A stretch of DNA of 64,000 nt, from contig OZ024741.1 of NCBI GenBank assembly GCA_964016885.1, positions 403,124,001 through 403,188,000 of the forward strand. The letters are read 5' to 3'. The DNA comes from Eledone cirrhosa (Eukaryota). A program made the translations under genes and the position numbers. Positions 40,533-56,386 of this stretch are shown here, one piece after another. The notes under the pieces were generated by a model. The model was not told the origin of the DNA. It saw nothing but the letters and a program-made list of their open reading frames with translations, and did not search any database. Every line of letters starts with the position of its first letter. Position 1 is the first letter of the stretch.

Positions 40533-40860
40533 ACAATATTTGGTGTTAAGATATTGGCATACCCAGGGCATGACCTTACAACGTAGGCCAACAATGAGGA
40601 TTGTTACTATATTTGTTACTCTAAATATAGCTTTTAAAGAATTCCCTTTTCTTTAAACCCATCAACCAATGACCACCCTCTCCTACCACCAGAAAAGATA
40701 TAAATACCACCATATTACTTGGACAGTCAACTTCCTGACGATTTCTCACGTATGAAACAGTTCTAGTCCTGTATAAGCTTTTCTATATTAAATATTTATA
40801 CTCTGCTTTGTATTGAGTACCTTAATTAATGTGGTTACATCCGATTGAATACGGGATAAA

Positions 40861-40941
<81 letters not shown>

Positions 40942-41099
40942 GAAGGAAGAGGGACGGTATGACATATTCAACGTCGTCTTATTCCATTGCGTCATCCTGT
41001 CATTCACATTTCGAAGGTATAGAATGGTCGGTATTCAACATTTATTCCACACGTCAGGCAGGTGAATGTAAATAAAAATATTGGCGTTCGGCAAGCACG

Positions 41100-41191
<92 letters not shown>

Positions 41192-41749
41192 ATTTATGCT
41201 AGTTAGTGCTATCATCAAAGTAATTTGCCAACAATATGCCAGCTATAACTAATGTATATGAAGTGTTCTCTTTGAAATAAGCACAAGATTTTTGCAACCC
41301 AGGAATCAGCTTATTAGGCACTAGAAGAATACCTGTCGTTGCCCAGAATAGTACCAGAATTGTTCTTAATGAAGGCATATACGGTTTGATAGAATACTTT
41401 TGTATTTCTCTTGAAAAATTTTGTTCCATATACGAAATGATATTTTTTACCAAAATCTTTATAGAATTCAGGTGTTTGTAGTGTGTCAGCTCCCCCCTCC
41501 TCCCTTTTGGTTCAATTCTCTCGACACCAGACAAGTCCAAGATCCTGTCATCCCTGCCATTTTTCACACAGAAACCAGAAAGCAACAGTAGAGAATGAAA
41601 ATGACTCTCTTCCAGCTGTCTCTCATTATTCTGAGTTCAAATCCCGCCGAGGTTAACTTTGCCTTTCATCCTTACGGGGTCGATAAAATAAAGTACCAGT
41701 AATACACTGGGTAATTGATGGCCTTGTGCCAAAAAGTAGAAACAATTAT

Positions 41750-42171
41750 AATAATAATGAAATTATTGTGTACAGTGCTCAGGTGCACTACAACTCATCA
41801 AAGGTGCATGTATAGTACATAGAATAATGTACAAATGACAGTGAAGTGAACATGATACCCCCCGCCCTCCACACACACAAACACACACACGCACCACACA
41901 GCATACGCACACACACAGACACACAGCACACGCACACCACACAGCACACACACACAGACACACACAGCACACAGCACACGCACACGCACACACACACACA
42001 CAGCACACGCACACACAGCACACGCACACACACCACACGTACACACACCACACAGCACACGCACGCACACATACATGCATGCGTGTGTATAGAGGGGAAA
42101 TATCAGGTGTAGTATTGGATACATATATATATACACATATATATTGGATACATATATATTGGATACACACA

Positions 42172-42218
<47 letters not shown>

Positions 42219-42840
42219 TGTCTTGTTTAACAAAGTTAGTTTGTTCCATGCTTCAGCAACTCTGAGCATGAAAAAAATGTTTTCGAAAGTCACGGGAGCT
42301 GTGCTGTTTTCTGACTTTGTGAGCACCCACGTGTGTTAGACACATGGAGATCAAAAAGGTACTCAGGGTTGTTGTTGGCAAGATGGTTAATAATTTTGTG
42401 GGTGTTTACCAAGTCCATTGCCAGACGTCGGAGCTTCAATGAATCCATGCCCAGGGAAGCAAGGCGTTCAGAGAGTTTCCAGGAGGTCAATGTTCTGAGC
42501 AAGATAGGGGTTTCAGACTGGTGATGCAAATTCTAAGTGTGGCCACACCATAGCTATATACAGCTTTAAATAGATAGCTGGAGAGCGGCTGACGAAGGTC
42601 TTGCTGAGTGATGCCAAAACACCCTCGGCCTTCTTGTCAATTTTAGAGATATGATTCGTCCAACGCAAATCACTGACAGTAATGCCCAGGTCACGTTCAC
42701 AAGAAGACTTTTTGATATTAGTGTTGTAGATGGAGTATGTGGACGCTGGTTTTTTTTCTCCCGAAGCATACCTAGGGTATGGCAAGCATGGTACATGCCC
42801 CAGGCTCGACTCGAAGGGAAGAGTGCGACTTAGACTAGGA
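41750..42840 (-). mobile_element. CR1/L2-group LINE 3' fragment
   Basis: ...ERDLGI.VSDL.W..HI..I.KKA...L...K.F......YLKLY..MV.PHLEFASPV...RRL..DL...HKII...; interrupted by microsatellites. Confidence 0.85.
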
Positions 42841-42959
42841 ATATTTTCTATTAAAGTCAGATAAGTTATTGCCAGACAGTGAAAAAAGAAAATTCTTCAG
42901 ATAAATGACCTGTCTTTGATTATCGTGGGTGAGAAGGAATATGGTGGCTGAATCATTAA

Positions 42960-43166
42960 CCCTTTAGCATTTATATTACTCTTTATTTACTATTATGTTT
43001 TCATAGTAAAGGCTTTACCTCACATAATATCGAATCTATGAGATTTTGATATTATTTATTTTGAGAACAATACCTTAACATCAGTATGAATGCCTAGTTA
43101 CAGCCGGTTTGAACAGAAAGAGGTGAGAGAATTCTAGACGGATAACGCCGGTTTAAATGCTAAAGG
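42960..43166. mobile_element. piggyBac-type MITE
   Basis: TTAA|CCCTTTAGCATTTA ... TAAATGCTAAAGG|TTAA: terminal inverted repeats with TTAA target duplication. Confidence 0.7.
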
Positions 43167-43749
43167 TTAAACCATTTATATAAATTATTAGGCCTCTATA
43201 GGTAAAAATACAGTGCTGGGCAGGGACACAATTTCACTGGTGATTTCCTAGTTATACCTCTGCATATATGTTAAGTTGAATGAACAATCTTTTGGTAGTG
43301 TCTATTTCTACTAGTTTAGAAACACGTGACTTATCTACACAGCTGCTTTACAGTTGCCCTTACTTTCCCGTTTTTTCATTATCTTTTGGATACTTATGCT
43401 TCCAGTTGGTCTCCCCCTCCCCTTTTTAAATTTTTATTTTATTTTATTTTATTTTATTTTATTTTATTTTATTCTATCGTATTTATTTTATAATTTTTAT
43501 CTTTATATTCACTTATCTCCGTCTATCTTTTTTTTTTGTTTCTCAACTGTCAGAAGTACTAGATACTCGCCCATTGTCGTTCATGGCTTACTATCTCTAT
43601 ACGGACGTTTAAATTGATGAAATAAATACATAATTATATAAATAAATAAATAAATACACGTATCTTTACTTCTCTTTGTTATCTGTTCAGACGTTTTCTA
43701 TAGCAGTTTTTCCAGCCAATTATTTAATTAACTTTGTTAAACAAGACAA

Positions 43750-44187
43750 TATATATATATGTGTGTGTGTGTGTGTGTATATGTGTGTGTATCCAATATA
43801 TATATATATATATGTATCCAATATATATGTATATATATATATATATGTATCCAATGTATATGTATATATATATGTATCCAATATATATATATATATATAT
43901 GTATCCAATATATATCTATATATATATTTGTATCCAATATATATGTATATATATATGTATCCAATATATATGTATATATATATATGTGTGTGGCCAATAT
44001 ATATGTATCCAATATATATATGTATATATATAAATGTATCCAATATATATGTATCCAATATATATGTATATATATATATATGTATCCAATATATATGTAT
44101 ATATATATATATATATGTATCCAATATATATGTATATATATATGTATCCAATATATATGTATATATATATATCCAATATATATGTAA

Positions 44188-44274
<87 letters not shown>

Positions 44275-44468
44275 TGTGTATATATATATATATGTATCCA
44301 ATATATATATATTCATGTACATATGTATATATATATATATATGTATCCAATATATATATATTTATATATATATACATATATATATATATCCAATATATAT
44401 ATATATATATATATACACATATGTATATATATATATATGTATCCAATATATATATATTTATATATATA

Positions 44469-44550
<82 letters not shown>

Positions 44551-44562
44551 CATATATATATA
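43750..44562. repeat. (TA)n microsatellite with interspersed gtatccaat motif
   Basis: Directly visible. Confidence 0.95.
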
Positions 44563-46385
44563 ATGGAAAAATTTGAACAGGGACAAAACAGAGAGGCAGT
44601 TCAACGAATGTTTATTAATTTCACGCTCTGGAGAGTGGGGTGTTGGTGGGGGACGACGTTTCGGGCATAAGCCCTTCCTCAGGTGAGAAGTGTGTGGGAA
44701 CAGAGTTCAAAGGGTGTGTAGGGGAGTGGTGGAGAGACATATAGCGAAAGGAAACGGTGCGAATGAAAAAATAAAAAATAAAGATAAAAATAAAAATAAA
44801 GCATGATCAAAATACAAGGAATGAGATAAATTTAAATATAAAGGCATGATCAAAATAAACTGAAATCAAAAGGGGGGTAAAACAGGTGGTGGAATGTGTG
44901 GGGTGTGTAGGGGTGGTGGCGGGTGGAGTGGGGAGAGGGAGACGGAGTGTCCGAGCGGGGAGGGCTGAAGGTGGCGTGTGTGTGTAGGTGTGCGTGTGTG
45001 TGTATGTGAAAGTAAGGGTTGGGGGAAGAACGGGGTTGCATGTTCAGGAAGAGGTGTGTGTGTAGGGGGTTTGTGGGTCGGAGTGTCTGTGCGTGTGTGG
45101 ATAGAGGGGTGGGGGGAGAGGAATCAGGAGGCTGAGGGTGTAAATATGTGGTGGAAAGCACGTGTGTGTGGGGTTTAAGCGTGTTGTGGGTGTAGGTGGC
45201 GTGTGGAGAAAAATGTTTTTTGGGGTGTGTGTGTGGGTGAGTTATATAGGTCATTACGTAAGAGGATGGTTGAAAAGTAGGTAAATTCCGAAGATGTTTA
45301 GTGGATTCGTTGTTGGTCAATTTCTGCGTGTGGGTATGCCATGAAGCGATGGTCGGAAGAGGAGAGATGTGGGGTGCGCGCGCAACAGGAAGTGGTCAAG
45401 CAGTGGGATTGCTGTGTGTCTGTTTGTGCTGGGAGGTGGTCAGAGGGCATAGCAGCAGTCGGTGGAATGGTAAAGGGGCGAGGATGGGTAGGTGTGAAAA
45501 TTGGAGTGAGGAGGGTGTGTGTGTGTGTATTAGTAGAGGTGTTAGTGGGATGGAGCGGGGAGAGAAGGGTGTGTGTGGTTCTATGGAGGGAGTGTGGTGT
45601 ACTGGTGTGTGTGTAGTTTGATGAAGAGGTGTTAGTGGGTGTTAGTATACGGGAGGTGGGGAGGGGTTGAATGCAGGTGTGAGTGGGGGTTAGTGGTGGT
45701 AGGGTGTGTAGAGTTGGTGGTGTACGAGGGTGTGTGGGTACGTGTGCGTGGGGTTGGGGGGTGTTAGTGATGTTAGTTGCGTGTGGGGTGGGTGGTGTAA
45801 GTGGGTGCGTGTGTTCGTGTGCTTGGGGTTAGGGGGTGTTAGTGAGGTTAGTTGCGGGGTGGTGGGATGGAGGTGTGGGGGTGAGAGGTGTGGGGGTGAG
45901 AGGTGTGGGGGTGAGGGTTAGTGGTGGTAGTAGGGTGTGTGTTTAGTGTGAGCGCGTGTATATATGTGCCGGTGGGTGTGTGCGTGTGATAAGGAGGGGG
46001 GAGGATGAGAAGAGGGGAGGGATGTTAGTATGTTAGTTGGGGAAGGGTGGTCAGATGAGGGGTGGAGTGGAGGTGTTAGTATTGTTAGTTGTGGGGTGGG
46101 CGGTGAAAAGGAGGGGTGTGTTAGTGGGGGATAAGTGTAGGGGGAGGGGGGCGGTCGAAGGCTAAAGGAATAAGGGTGGGGAGTTCAGGCCGGGGGGAGT
46201 GTGGGTCTGTAAGATGAAGATAGTTCGTTGTTCGACCGTAAGGCGATTGGCGGGTGTTCCGTGGCACTGGAGTAGGCCACAGACTGTGAGATGGCGTGCG
46301 GAGTGTCCAGGGCCACCAAAGTGGCGGGCGATGGGGGAACTGCCCCCGAGACGAATATCCAAGAGGTGCTCCGTGAATCGGAGCA
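44563..46385 (-). mobile_element. Penelope-like element 3' fragment (GIY-YIG C-terminus, long 3' region, HHR), flanked by (TA)n
   Basis: 46162-46385 (-) reads RFTEH..DI.....PIARHF....H....L....L......R...EQ..I..L.T..P.GLN, the PLE GIY-YIG tail. HHR core at 44655-44682. Confidence 0.82.
44653..44684 (-). ncRNA. Minimal PLE-type hammerhead
   Basis: AC-CTGAGGA-A-GGGC(TTAT)GCCC-GAA-ACGT-C-GT; palindromic stem III; stem I is very short. Confidence 0.65.
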
Positions 46386-46423
46386 TATATACATATATAT
46401 ATATATCTATATATATATATATA

Positions 46424-46508
<85 letters not shown>

Positions 46509-47736
46509 ATCTATATATATATATATATATATCTATATATCTATATATATATATATATATCTATATATATCTATATATATATATTTTGCATATATACATA
46601 TATATATATATATATATGCTTGCGTGGACCCCTCTCAAAATTCGTTGGATTTTCTAATTGGATACCCCAACACTGGATACCAACACTGAATACACCTGAA
46701 CTTCTACCAGGAAATCTTTCGTTGTCATTTCTGCTTGCATTTTACATATATAGATATATATATCAATGGTTGCGTGGACCCCTCTTAAAGATTCGTTGGA
46801 TTTTCTAATTGGATACCCCGAAACTGGATACCAATCACTGAATACACCTGAACTTCTACCAGGAAATCTTTCATATCAGTGAAAATTTTCTTTTCTTTGC
46901 TTCATATATATTATATATACTTGGCCGCCATTGCAAAAGGCCATAAATTCAAAATTTTGAAGAGAGAGGAAAAGAGAGAAGTGATCTATGAACTTGTAAC
47001 ATCTCACTGACCCCCCCGTCACCACAATAACAATAACGCCTACACTCGCTCCCCACCATCACCACATTACTCTAAGGTCGCTGTCCTGTCCCCTGTTGAC
47101 ATACTGCTGACTATCTTTTGATGTATGTATGTGTATATACATATGTGTATGTGTGTGTATATGTGTATATCTCTGTGGATGCGACCAGATTTCAACACAG
47201 CAACAACTACAACAACAACAGCAGCAACACCAACAACAACAACAACAGCAACAACACCATCGTCTGTGTTGAATGTGTGTGTATGTATTTGTATATATGC
47301 GACAGCAATAACAGCATCAACACCATTGTCTGCAGCAACAGCAGCAGTGAAATGAAGGACAACAACAACAGTAACAACTACAGCACCAACAACTGTCACC
47401 ACCATCACTGACCATCCACCACCACCACGCTGATACCATCCACCACCACCACACTGACACCATCCACCACCGCCATTACCAGCGTAAACAAACAATTATT
47501 ATTGTTATTGTTATTATATACAAGCCGAACTGGACTGGGAAAGGTCAACAGTTGACATGATAGTGATTTTGACGATTTTGACTTTGATTTTGATTTTGTA
47601 TCAGAACTGTCGGTAATATATGTATATATATATATGTGTTTGTGAGTTGTGTGTGTGATTGTATGCATGAATGAGTGTTGGTATGTGTGGTTGTGGTTTG
47701 TATGCATGAGTATTAGTGTGTGAGTCGTGTCAATAA

Positions 47737-47766
<30 letters not shown>

Positions 47767-47769
<3 letters not shown>

Positions 47770-50700
47770 GACCATGCTGTAAAATGGAGGGGTAGAGAGG
47801 GCCCTTGAGTCTAGTAAGACATCCTCTCTAGTGCTGGTGGCACAAATAAAAGCACCCAGTCCATGCTGTAAAGTGGCGCTGGTGTTAGGAAGGGCATCCA
47901 ACCAGTTTATCAATGCCAAAAAGCTTATCAGCACAGCAACAAAACAGCATAGAAAAAAATATGAAGACGTCGCATCTCAGAGTTGCAACACTTAATGTTG
48001 GCACTCTCAGAGGTAGATCTGCTGAAATAGCGGAGATGCTGGAGAGAAGGCAGGTGGATGTGTGCTGCGTGCAAGAGGTGAGATGGAGAGGTGCCTCTGC
48101 GAGACTAGTCGTAGGCAAGCGTCTTAGCTATAAGCTATTCTGGGTAGGTAAGGATGATGGGTTAGGGGGAGTAGGCATTTTCCTGGCTGAGAAATGGATC
48201 AATAAGACAATAGAGGTAGTTCGAGTTAGTAATCGAATAATTAAGCTTAGATTAGTTGTAGGTAGGAGACTACTGACAATCATCTCGGTCTATGCTCCCC
48301 AAGCAGGCCTAGGCAAAGATGAGAAAGACTGCTTTTATGAGCAACTTTTGCAAACAACCACAATGACAGAGGACGGAGACATCGTTATGCTAGCAGGAGA
48401 CTTCAATGGTCATGTTGGACAGCTCCAGGATGGTTACACTGGGGTACATGGTGGGCATGGTTACGGTTCAAGAAATGAAGAAGGAGTGAGACTTCTTGAA
48501 TTTTGTGATGCAAGTACATTGACTATTTGCAACACAAACTTCCAGAAACCTGCCAATCACCTAATAACCTACAAATCTGGTGAGCACATAAGCCAGATTG
48601 ACTTCCTGCTAGTTAGGCAGCGGGACAGGCAGATAGTGTCTAATACCAAGGCATACCCTGGGGAAGAATGTACCCCACAGCATAGGTTAGTTGTTAGTGA
48701 TATCTCAGTAAGCAAGAGATGGAATGAGCCATATAGGAAGGTGTGGAGAAGAAAGGTCTGGAAGCTAAAAGACCTTTCACTAAAATTCAAATTTAGGAAA
48801 GCCCTTCAAGATGTATATGACGAAAAAGAAGACGATTTAGAGACGTATGACATAGATAATAACTGGAAGTTCTTACGTGACAACTTGCTGAAGGCTACTG
48901 ATGAAACTTGTGGCTGGAGCAGAGCCCCAACCAGACAGAGAGTGACCTGGTGGTGGAACAGCAGTGTAGATAAGGCTATTAGAGACAAAAGACTAGCATG
49001 GAAGGCTTGGAATAAGGGTGGGAGTAGGGAAGAATATACAGCCACTAAGAGAGAAGCTAGACGTCAGGTGTACTTAGCACGCAGGGAGGCAGAGAGTAGG
49101 AGGTTTGCCAATGTTCTGCGACGGGAAGATCAGAGGCGTGCGGTGTTCCACATTGCAAGGCAGTGTGTCAATGCAAATCAGGATGTTGTTGGTGATAAAT
49201 GTGTCCGGGATGATGCCGGTGTACTTAGTGTCACGAATGACCAGAAAAAGGAGGCCTGGAAATGCCATTATGAGAGACTGATGAATGTGGAGAACGAATG
49301 GGAGAGAGAGAAATTACCCTTGGTAGATCCGACAGAGGGACCAGCTATTGAGATTGACGAATATAGGGTCCAAGAGGCGATTAGGGAAATGAAAAATGGT
49401 AAGGCGGCCGGACCATCGGGAATAGTTGCTGAGATGCTGAAGGCATCAGGGGACGTAGGCACTAAACTGGTTGCACGCATAATCAATCAGGCTATATATG
49501 GTGGTGTCATACCCAAAGACTGGTGCAGCAGTATTCTCATAAATTGCTACAAAGGTAAAGGGGATGCTTTGGAGAGGAGCAATTATAGGGGTATAAAACT
49601 GATAGATCAGGTTATGAAAGTGGCAGAAAGGATTTTAGCACAACTAATTAGAGAAAGGGTCAAACTAGATGAGATGCAGTTTGGTTTTGTGCCTGGGAAG
49701 AGTACAACAGATGCCCTCTTCTTGGTGAGACAAATGCAAGAGAGGTTCTTAGAGAAGAATAAGCCACTATACTTGGCCTTTGTTGACCTAGAGAAGGCCT
49801 TTGATAGGGTACCCCGATCTGTCATCTGGTGGTCCCTAAGGAAGCTGGGTGTTGAGGAATGGCTTGTAAGGACAGTGCAAACTTTGTACAGAGGTACTCT
49901 CAGTAAAGTCAGGGTAGGAATGGAGTTTAGTGAGGAATTCCAGATACAAGTAGGAGTACATCAGGGTTCGGTCCTCAGCCCGCTCTTGTTCATTATAGTC
50001 CTCCAAGCCATAACAGAGGAGTTTAAGACTGGCTGTCCATGGGAACTTCTCTATGCTGACGATCTGGCTCTTATGGCAGAATCAGTAGAGGAGCTAGAGA
50101 ATAAATTCCGGCTATGGAAACAGCAGTTGGAAGCAAGAGGACTGAGAGTAAATCTAGCTAAGACAAAAGTGTTGATGAGTAGAAAAGAGGACAAAACCCT
50201 GATTCCGTCAGGGAAATGGCCATGTTCGATATGCAGAAAAGGAACTGGCATAAATTCTATAAAATGCACACAATGTAGGTCCTGGGTACACAAGAGATGT
50301 AGCGGGATAGCAGGCAAACTAACAGGTAGGGAGAAATATGTATGCAGTAGATGTACAGGGAAATTAGACAGTAGAAGTCGCACTGATAGACACATTTTTC
50401 AAATGCGAGAGGGCGCTATAGAAGTGGTGGATAGCTTCCGGTACCTAGGAGATCAGATTAGCATGGGAGGAGGGTGTTCCGAGGCCATAGTATCTAGAAT
50501 AAGGACGGGTTGGAAGAAGTTTAGGGAGCTGCTTCCTCTGTTGACGAAGAAGGGTTTCTCCCTGCGTACGAAAGGCCGGTTGTATGATGCCTGTGTGAGG
50601 AGCGCGATGCTGCATGGTAGTGAGACATGGGCAGCTACCGCAGAAGATATGCGACGGCTGGAGAGAAATGAGGCAAGCATGCTCCGTTGGATGTGCAGTG

Positions 50701-51052
50701 TAAATGTGCGTGAACGACCCAGCATAAATGTGTTGAGAGAGAAACTGTGTCTGAGAGGGATAGAATGTAGTGTACGGGAGAGGAGACTGAGGTGGTATGG
50801 ACATGTGATGCGCATGGAGGATGACCGATGGGTGAAGAAGTGCCAGGAAATGCCAGTTGAAGGAAGACGTAGTAGAGGTAGACCACGAAAAACATGGGCG
50901 GAGGTGGTGAGAACAGACCTCAGATCATTGAAGCTCACGGTGGAGATGACGAGGGACCGTGACGAGTGGAGAGATGCTGTGCTGAATAAGACCCGTCCCA
51001 CCCTTGCAAGCAGGGAAAAGCGGACGTAAAATGATGATGATGATGATGATGA

Positions 51053-51055
<3 letters not shown>
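47767..51055 (+). mobile_element. Apparently full-length RTE-clade LINE
   Basis: Short 5' UTR, single long ORF, (ATG)n tail running into (TA)n. Confidence 0.92.
47913..51029 (+). CDS. RTE LINE ORF: APE endonuclease + reverse transcriptase + Cys/His (PHD-like) insert, 1038 aa
   Basis: Endonuclease motifs ATLNV, VQEVRW, SVYAP, GDFNGH, QIDF, QHRLV. RT motifs [36 protein letters not shown]-terminus [10 protein letters not shown]...GRPRKTW. No stop codons. Confidence 0.95.
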   Translation: MPKSLSAQQQNSIEKNMKTSHLRVATLNVGTLRGRSAEIAEMLERRQVDVCCVQEVRWRGASARLVVGKRLSYKLFWVGKDDGLGGVGIFLAEKWINKTIEVVRVSNRIIKLRLVVGRRLLTIISVYAPQAGLGKDEKDCFYEQLLQTTTMTEDGDIVMLAGDFNGHVGQLQDGYTGVHGGHGYGSRNEEGVRLLEFCDASTLTICNTNFQKPANHLITYKSGEHISQIDFLLVRQRDRQIVSNTKAYPGEECTPQHRLVVSDISVSKRWNEPYRKVWRRKVWKLKDLSLKFKFRKALQDVYDEKEDDLETYDIDNNWKFLRDNLLKATDETCGWSRAPTRQRVTWWWNSSVDKAIRDKRLAWKAWNKGGSREEYTATKREARRQVYLARREAESRRFANVLRREDQRRAVFHIARQCVNANQDVVGDKCVRDDAGVLSVTNDQKKEAWKCHYERLMNVENEWEREKLPLVDPTEGPAIEIDEYRVQEAIREMKNGKAAGPSGIVAEMLKASGDVGTKLVARIINQAIYGGVIPKDWCSSILINCYKGKGDALERSNYRGIKLIDQVMKVAERILAQLIRERVKLDEMQFGFVPGKSTTDALFLVRQMQERFLEKNKPLYLAFVDLEKAFDRVPRSVIWWSLRKLGVEEWLVRTVQTLYRGTLSKVRVGMEFSEEFQIQVGVHQGSVLSPLLFIIVLQAITEEFKTGCPWELLYADDLALMAESVEELENKFRLWKQQLEARGLRVNLAKTKVLMSRKEDKTLIPSGKWPCSICRKGTGINSIKCTQCRSWVHKRCSGIAGKLTGREKYVCSRCTGKLDSRSRTDRHIFQMREGAIEVVDSFRYLGDQISMGGGCSEAIVSRIRTGWKKFRELLPLLTKKGFSLRTKGRLYDACVRSAMLHGSETWAATAEDMRRLERNEASMLRWMCSVNVRERPSINVLREKLCLRGIECSVRERRLRWYGHVMRMEDDRWVKKCQEMPVEGRRSRGRPRKTWAEVVRTDLRSLKLTVEMTRDRDEWRDAVLNKTRPTLASREKRT

Positions 51056-53885
<2,830 letters not shown>

Positions 53886-53888
53886 ATG

Positions 53889-54216
53889 TAAAAGGTAAAC
53901 AGAAATAACAACACAATCAGTACAGTATATGGAAGGTATATATTAGGTTAACGCTTGATATAGCAGGAAGAAGATCTTAACGTTTCGGACGCTAGTCCTT
54001 TATCAGAAGAAAGAATGAGCATGTGTGTGTGTGTGTTCGTATGTGTGTGTGTATATGTATATATATATGTGGCGGGGGTTGTGCGTTTGTGTGTGTATAA
54101 CCTTACATAGATCAATAACGAAGTATAGCTACAATGTATTATCATCATCTAGAAACGATCGTAAAACAGTGAAGTATATCTCTAATGACTTGATTTTTTA
54201 TTTCATTGTTTTAACT

Positions 54217-54250
<34 letters not shown>

Positions 54251-54478
54251 GGCACTCACACATGCACACACATACACATACACACACAAACGCACAACCC
54301 CCGCCACATATATATACATATGTATATATATGTGGCGGGGGTTGTGCTCATTCTTTCTTCTGATAAAGGACTAGCGTCCGAAACGTTAAGACCTTCTTCC
54401 TGCTATATCAAGCGTTAAGCTAATATATCCCTTCCATATACTGTACCGATTGTGTTGTTATTTCTGTTTACTTTTTAC
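53889..54478. mobile_element. Small head-to-head inverted PLE-type remnant with HHR-like motifs at 53975-54010 (-) and 54356-54391 (+)
   Basis: The arms are reverse complements. Motif TCTT-CTGATAA-A-GGAC(TAGC)GTCC-GAA-ACGT-T-AAGA (G8-to-A core variant). Flanked by (TA)n. Confidence 0.7.
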
Positions 54479-54556
54479 CCCCCCCCCCCTATATATATAT
54501 ATATAATCCTGAAGTACAATTCAACAGGTTACAATTTACTTCATTTAGTCATAATC

Positions 54557-54615
54557 ACTGTTATACATATTTCGATGATAACAGTTATGCAACAGTTATG
54601 ACCTCATCAGGCAGT
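54557..54615 (-). ncRNA. Hammerhead-like motif
   Basis: ACTGC-CTGATGA-long stem II-GAA-ATATGTAT-A-ACAGT; same stem III as the 60913 family; one stem I mismatch. Confidence 0.5.
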
Positions 54616-55049
54616 TAGAAGTTGAACAGAAAAAAACCCCCAGAAACACATGAAGAAATAAAAATGGCCTCTGTTGTTTCAGTTTATTGTACTTCATGAT
54701 TATAATTATACTAATACTAGACTGTACATGTGAATGGAGTTCTGCTTTTAAGGGGAGAAGAAAGTTGATTATATCGACCTCAGTACTTGACTGGTATTTT
54801 ATTCACCCCGAAAAGATGAAAGGCAAAATTGACTTCGGTAGAATTTGAACTCAGAATGTAAAGAACCAGAACAGAGCCAACATTTCTACACGTTTCTCCG
54901 ACGCTCTAACGGCTCTGCCAATCCACCGCCTTTAAATTTTCACAACCAAAGGCAGCCATTAGACATACACAGTTTACATAAAGAGAAGGACACAGAAAAG
55001 ATAGTTTCATGAGTATTTTGTCATTTAATGAAACCAAAATATAGCAACT

Positions 55050-55420
55050 CTGACCGAGGAGACGGGAAACGGGTAGACGGTGTGACAATCTTCCCTTTTG
55101 CGGGGGTAGGCCTCTCATCTGGGATGCTACATACTGTGACACCTTCTCTAGCGGCAATCTGGTGCATTTGACAGGCTCTGCTGCCCACTAAGCCAAACTG
55201 TCCAACTATCAGCCGCTCTCTGATAGGTTTGTGGTAGAGCCTGTATCAGTGGAGACTTCTGGCGTTCTTGGCCCCCGGGCCACATCCCTACTCACTGCTA
55301 TCGAAGCGGAGTTGGCTTCCTCCCGCAGATGCGTACTCTACAAGGTGGAGTGGCTAATCCAGCTCATCTCCCTCACCATCCTCCGGGGGCAATGCCTTCT
55401 CCATCCTGTCGGCTAGAACC
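55050..55420 (+). mobile_element. Degenerate C-terminal RLE-endonuclease fragment of a CRE-like non-LTR element
   Basis: R.DGVT.LP...G..L.WDAT..DT and PVSVETSG.LG...WL.Q.ISL.I.RGN motifs. Confidence 0.6.
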
Positions 55421-55808
55421 AAGAAGTGAACGACATATTAGAGAACATCATTTCTACCATTAACCTTTCAAACCCATTAAACAAAGATTGAAGATATCTT
55501 GTTATTAAAGAAACTCTTACAACACACTACTGTTGAACAACTCACAACTAAAACCTCGAGAGCCCTCTCTGGTCATGAATCCATGGGATTTGCACCTAGA
55601 AGGTTCCTCCCCGAGGCACAAGTAAGGTGTTTTTATGGAAAACCAGCTGTCGCTCATGTATACTAGTTTCCTCTCTCCATGCCACTGAACCACTGATGTT
55701 GTCCAAGGGACAGGCTAGGGCTGATACAGCTTGGCACCAATGACGTCACAACATACACTATATATACAGTATATATATTATATACATTATATATTATATA
55801 CATTATAC

Positions 55809-55877
<69 letters not shown>

Positions 55878-56341
55878 TGTATGTACACTATATATGATGT
55901 TGTCCAAGGGAAAGGCTAGGGCTGATACAGCTTGGCACCAATGACGTCACAACATACACTGTATATATATATATTTTCTATTATCTTTTATTATCTCCTA
56001 CTCTCATTCGATTTACCTATTCTATAACCTCCCTCCTCCACTTCATACACTATCCTTAGAATCTGCTGTATACATATCACCTTCAATGCTTGACCTCTCG
56101 ACTCACTCCCCTATTGTTCTACAGGCAAGTTCAGCCACCCCTACCTCCCACCAAATGCCATGATAGACTTATTTGTGTTTACAACAAATTTTAACCAATC
56201 CTCTTGACAACTAAAATCTTCCCATATAAGGAAGTACCCCTTGACAAGTTCAGCTATTTATTCACCAGGCTAAAAATTCTAATTTAGTCCAGAAATAGCC
56301 GTCGAAACGGCTTGAGCTCTGTCGTCGGGGTCATACTTTTT

Positions 56342-56384
<43 letters not shown>

Positions 56385-56386
<2 letters not shown>

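Noticed and set aside
46615-46875. Duplicated ~110-bp segment
   Set aside because: Simple local duplication of an unidentified repeat end; no further structure seen.
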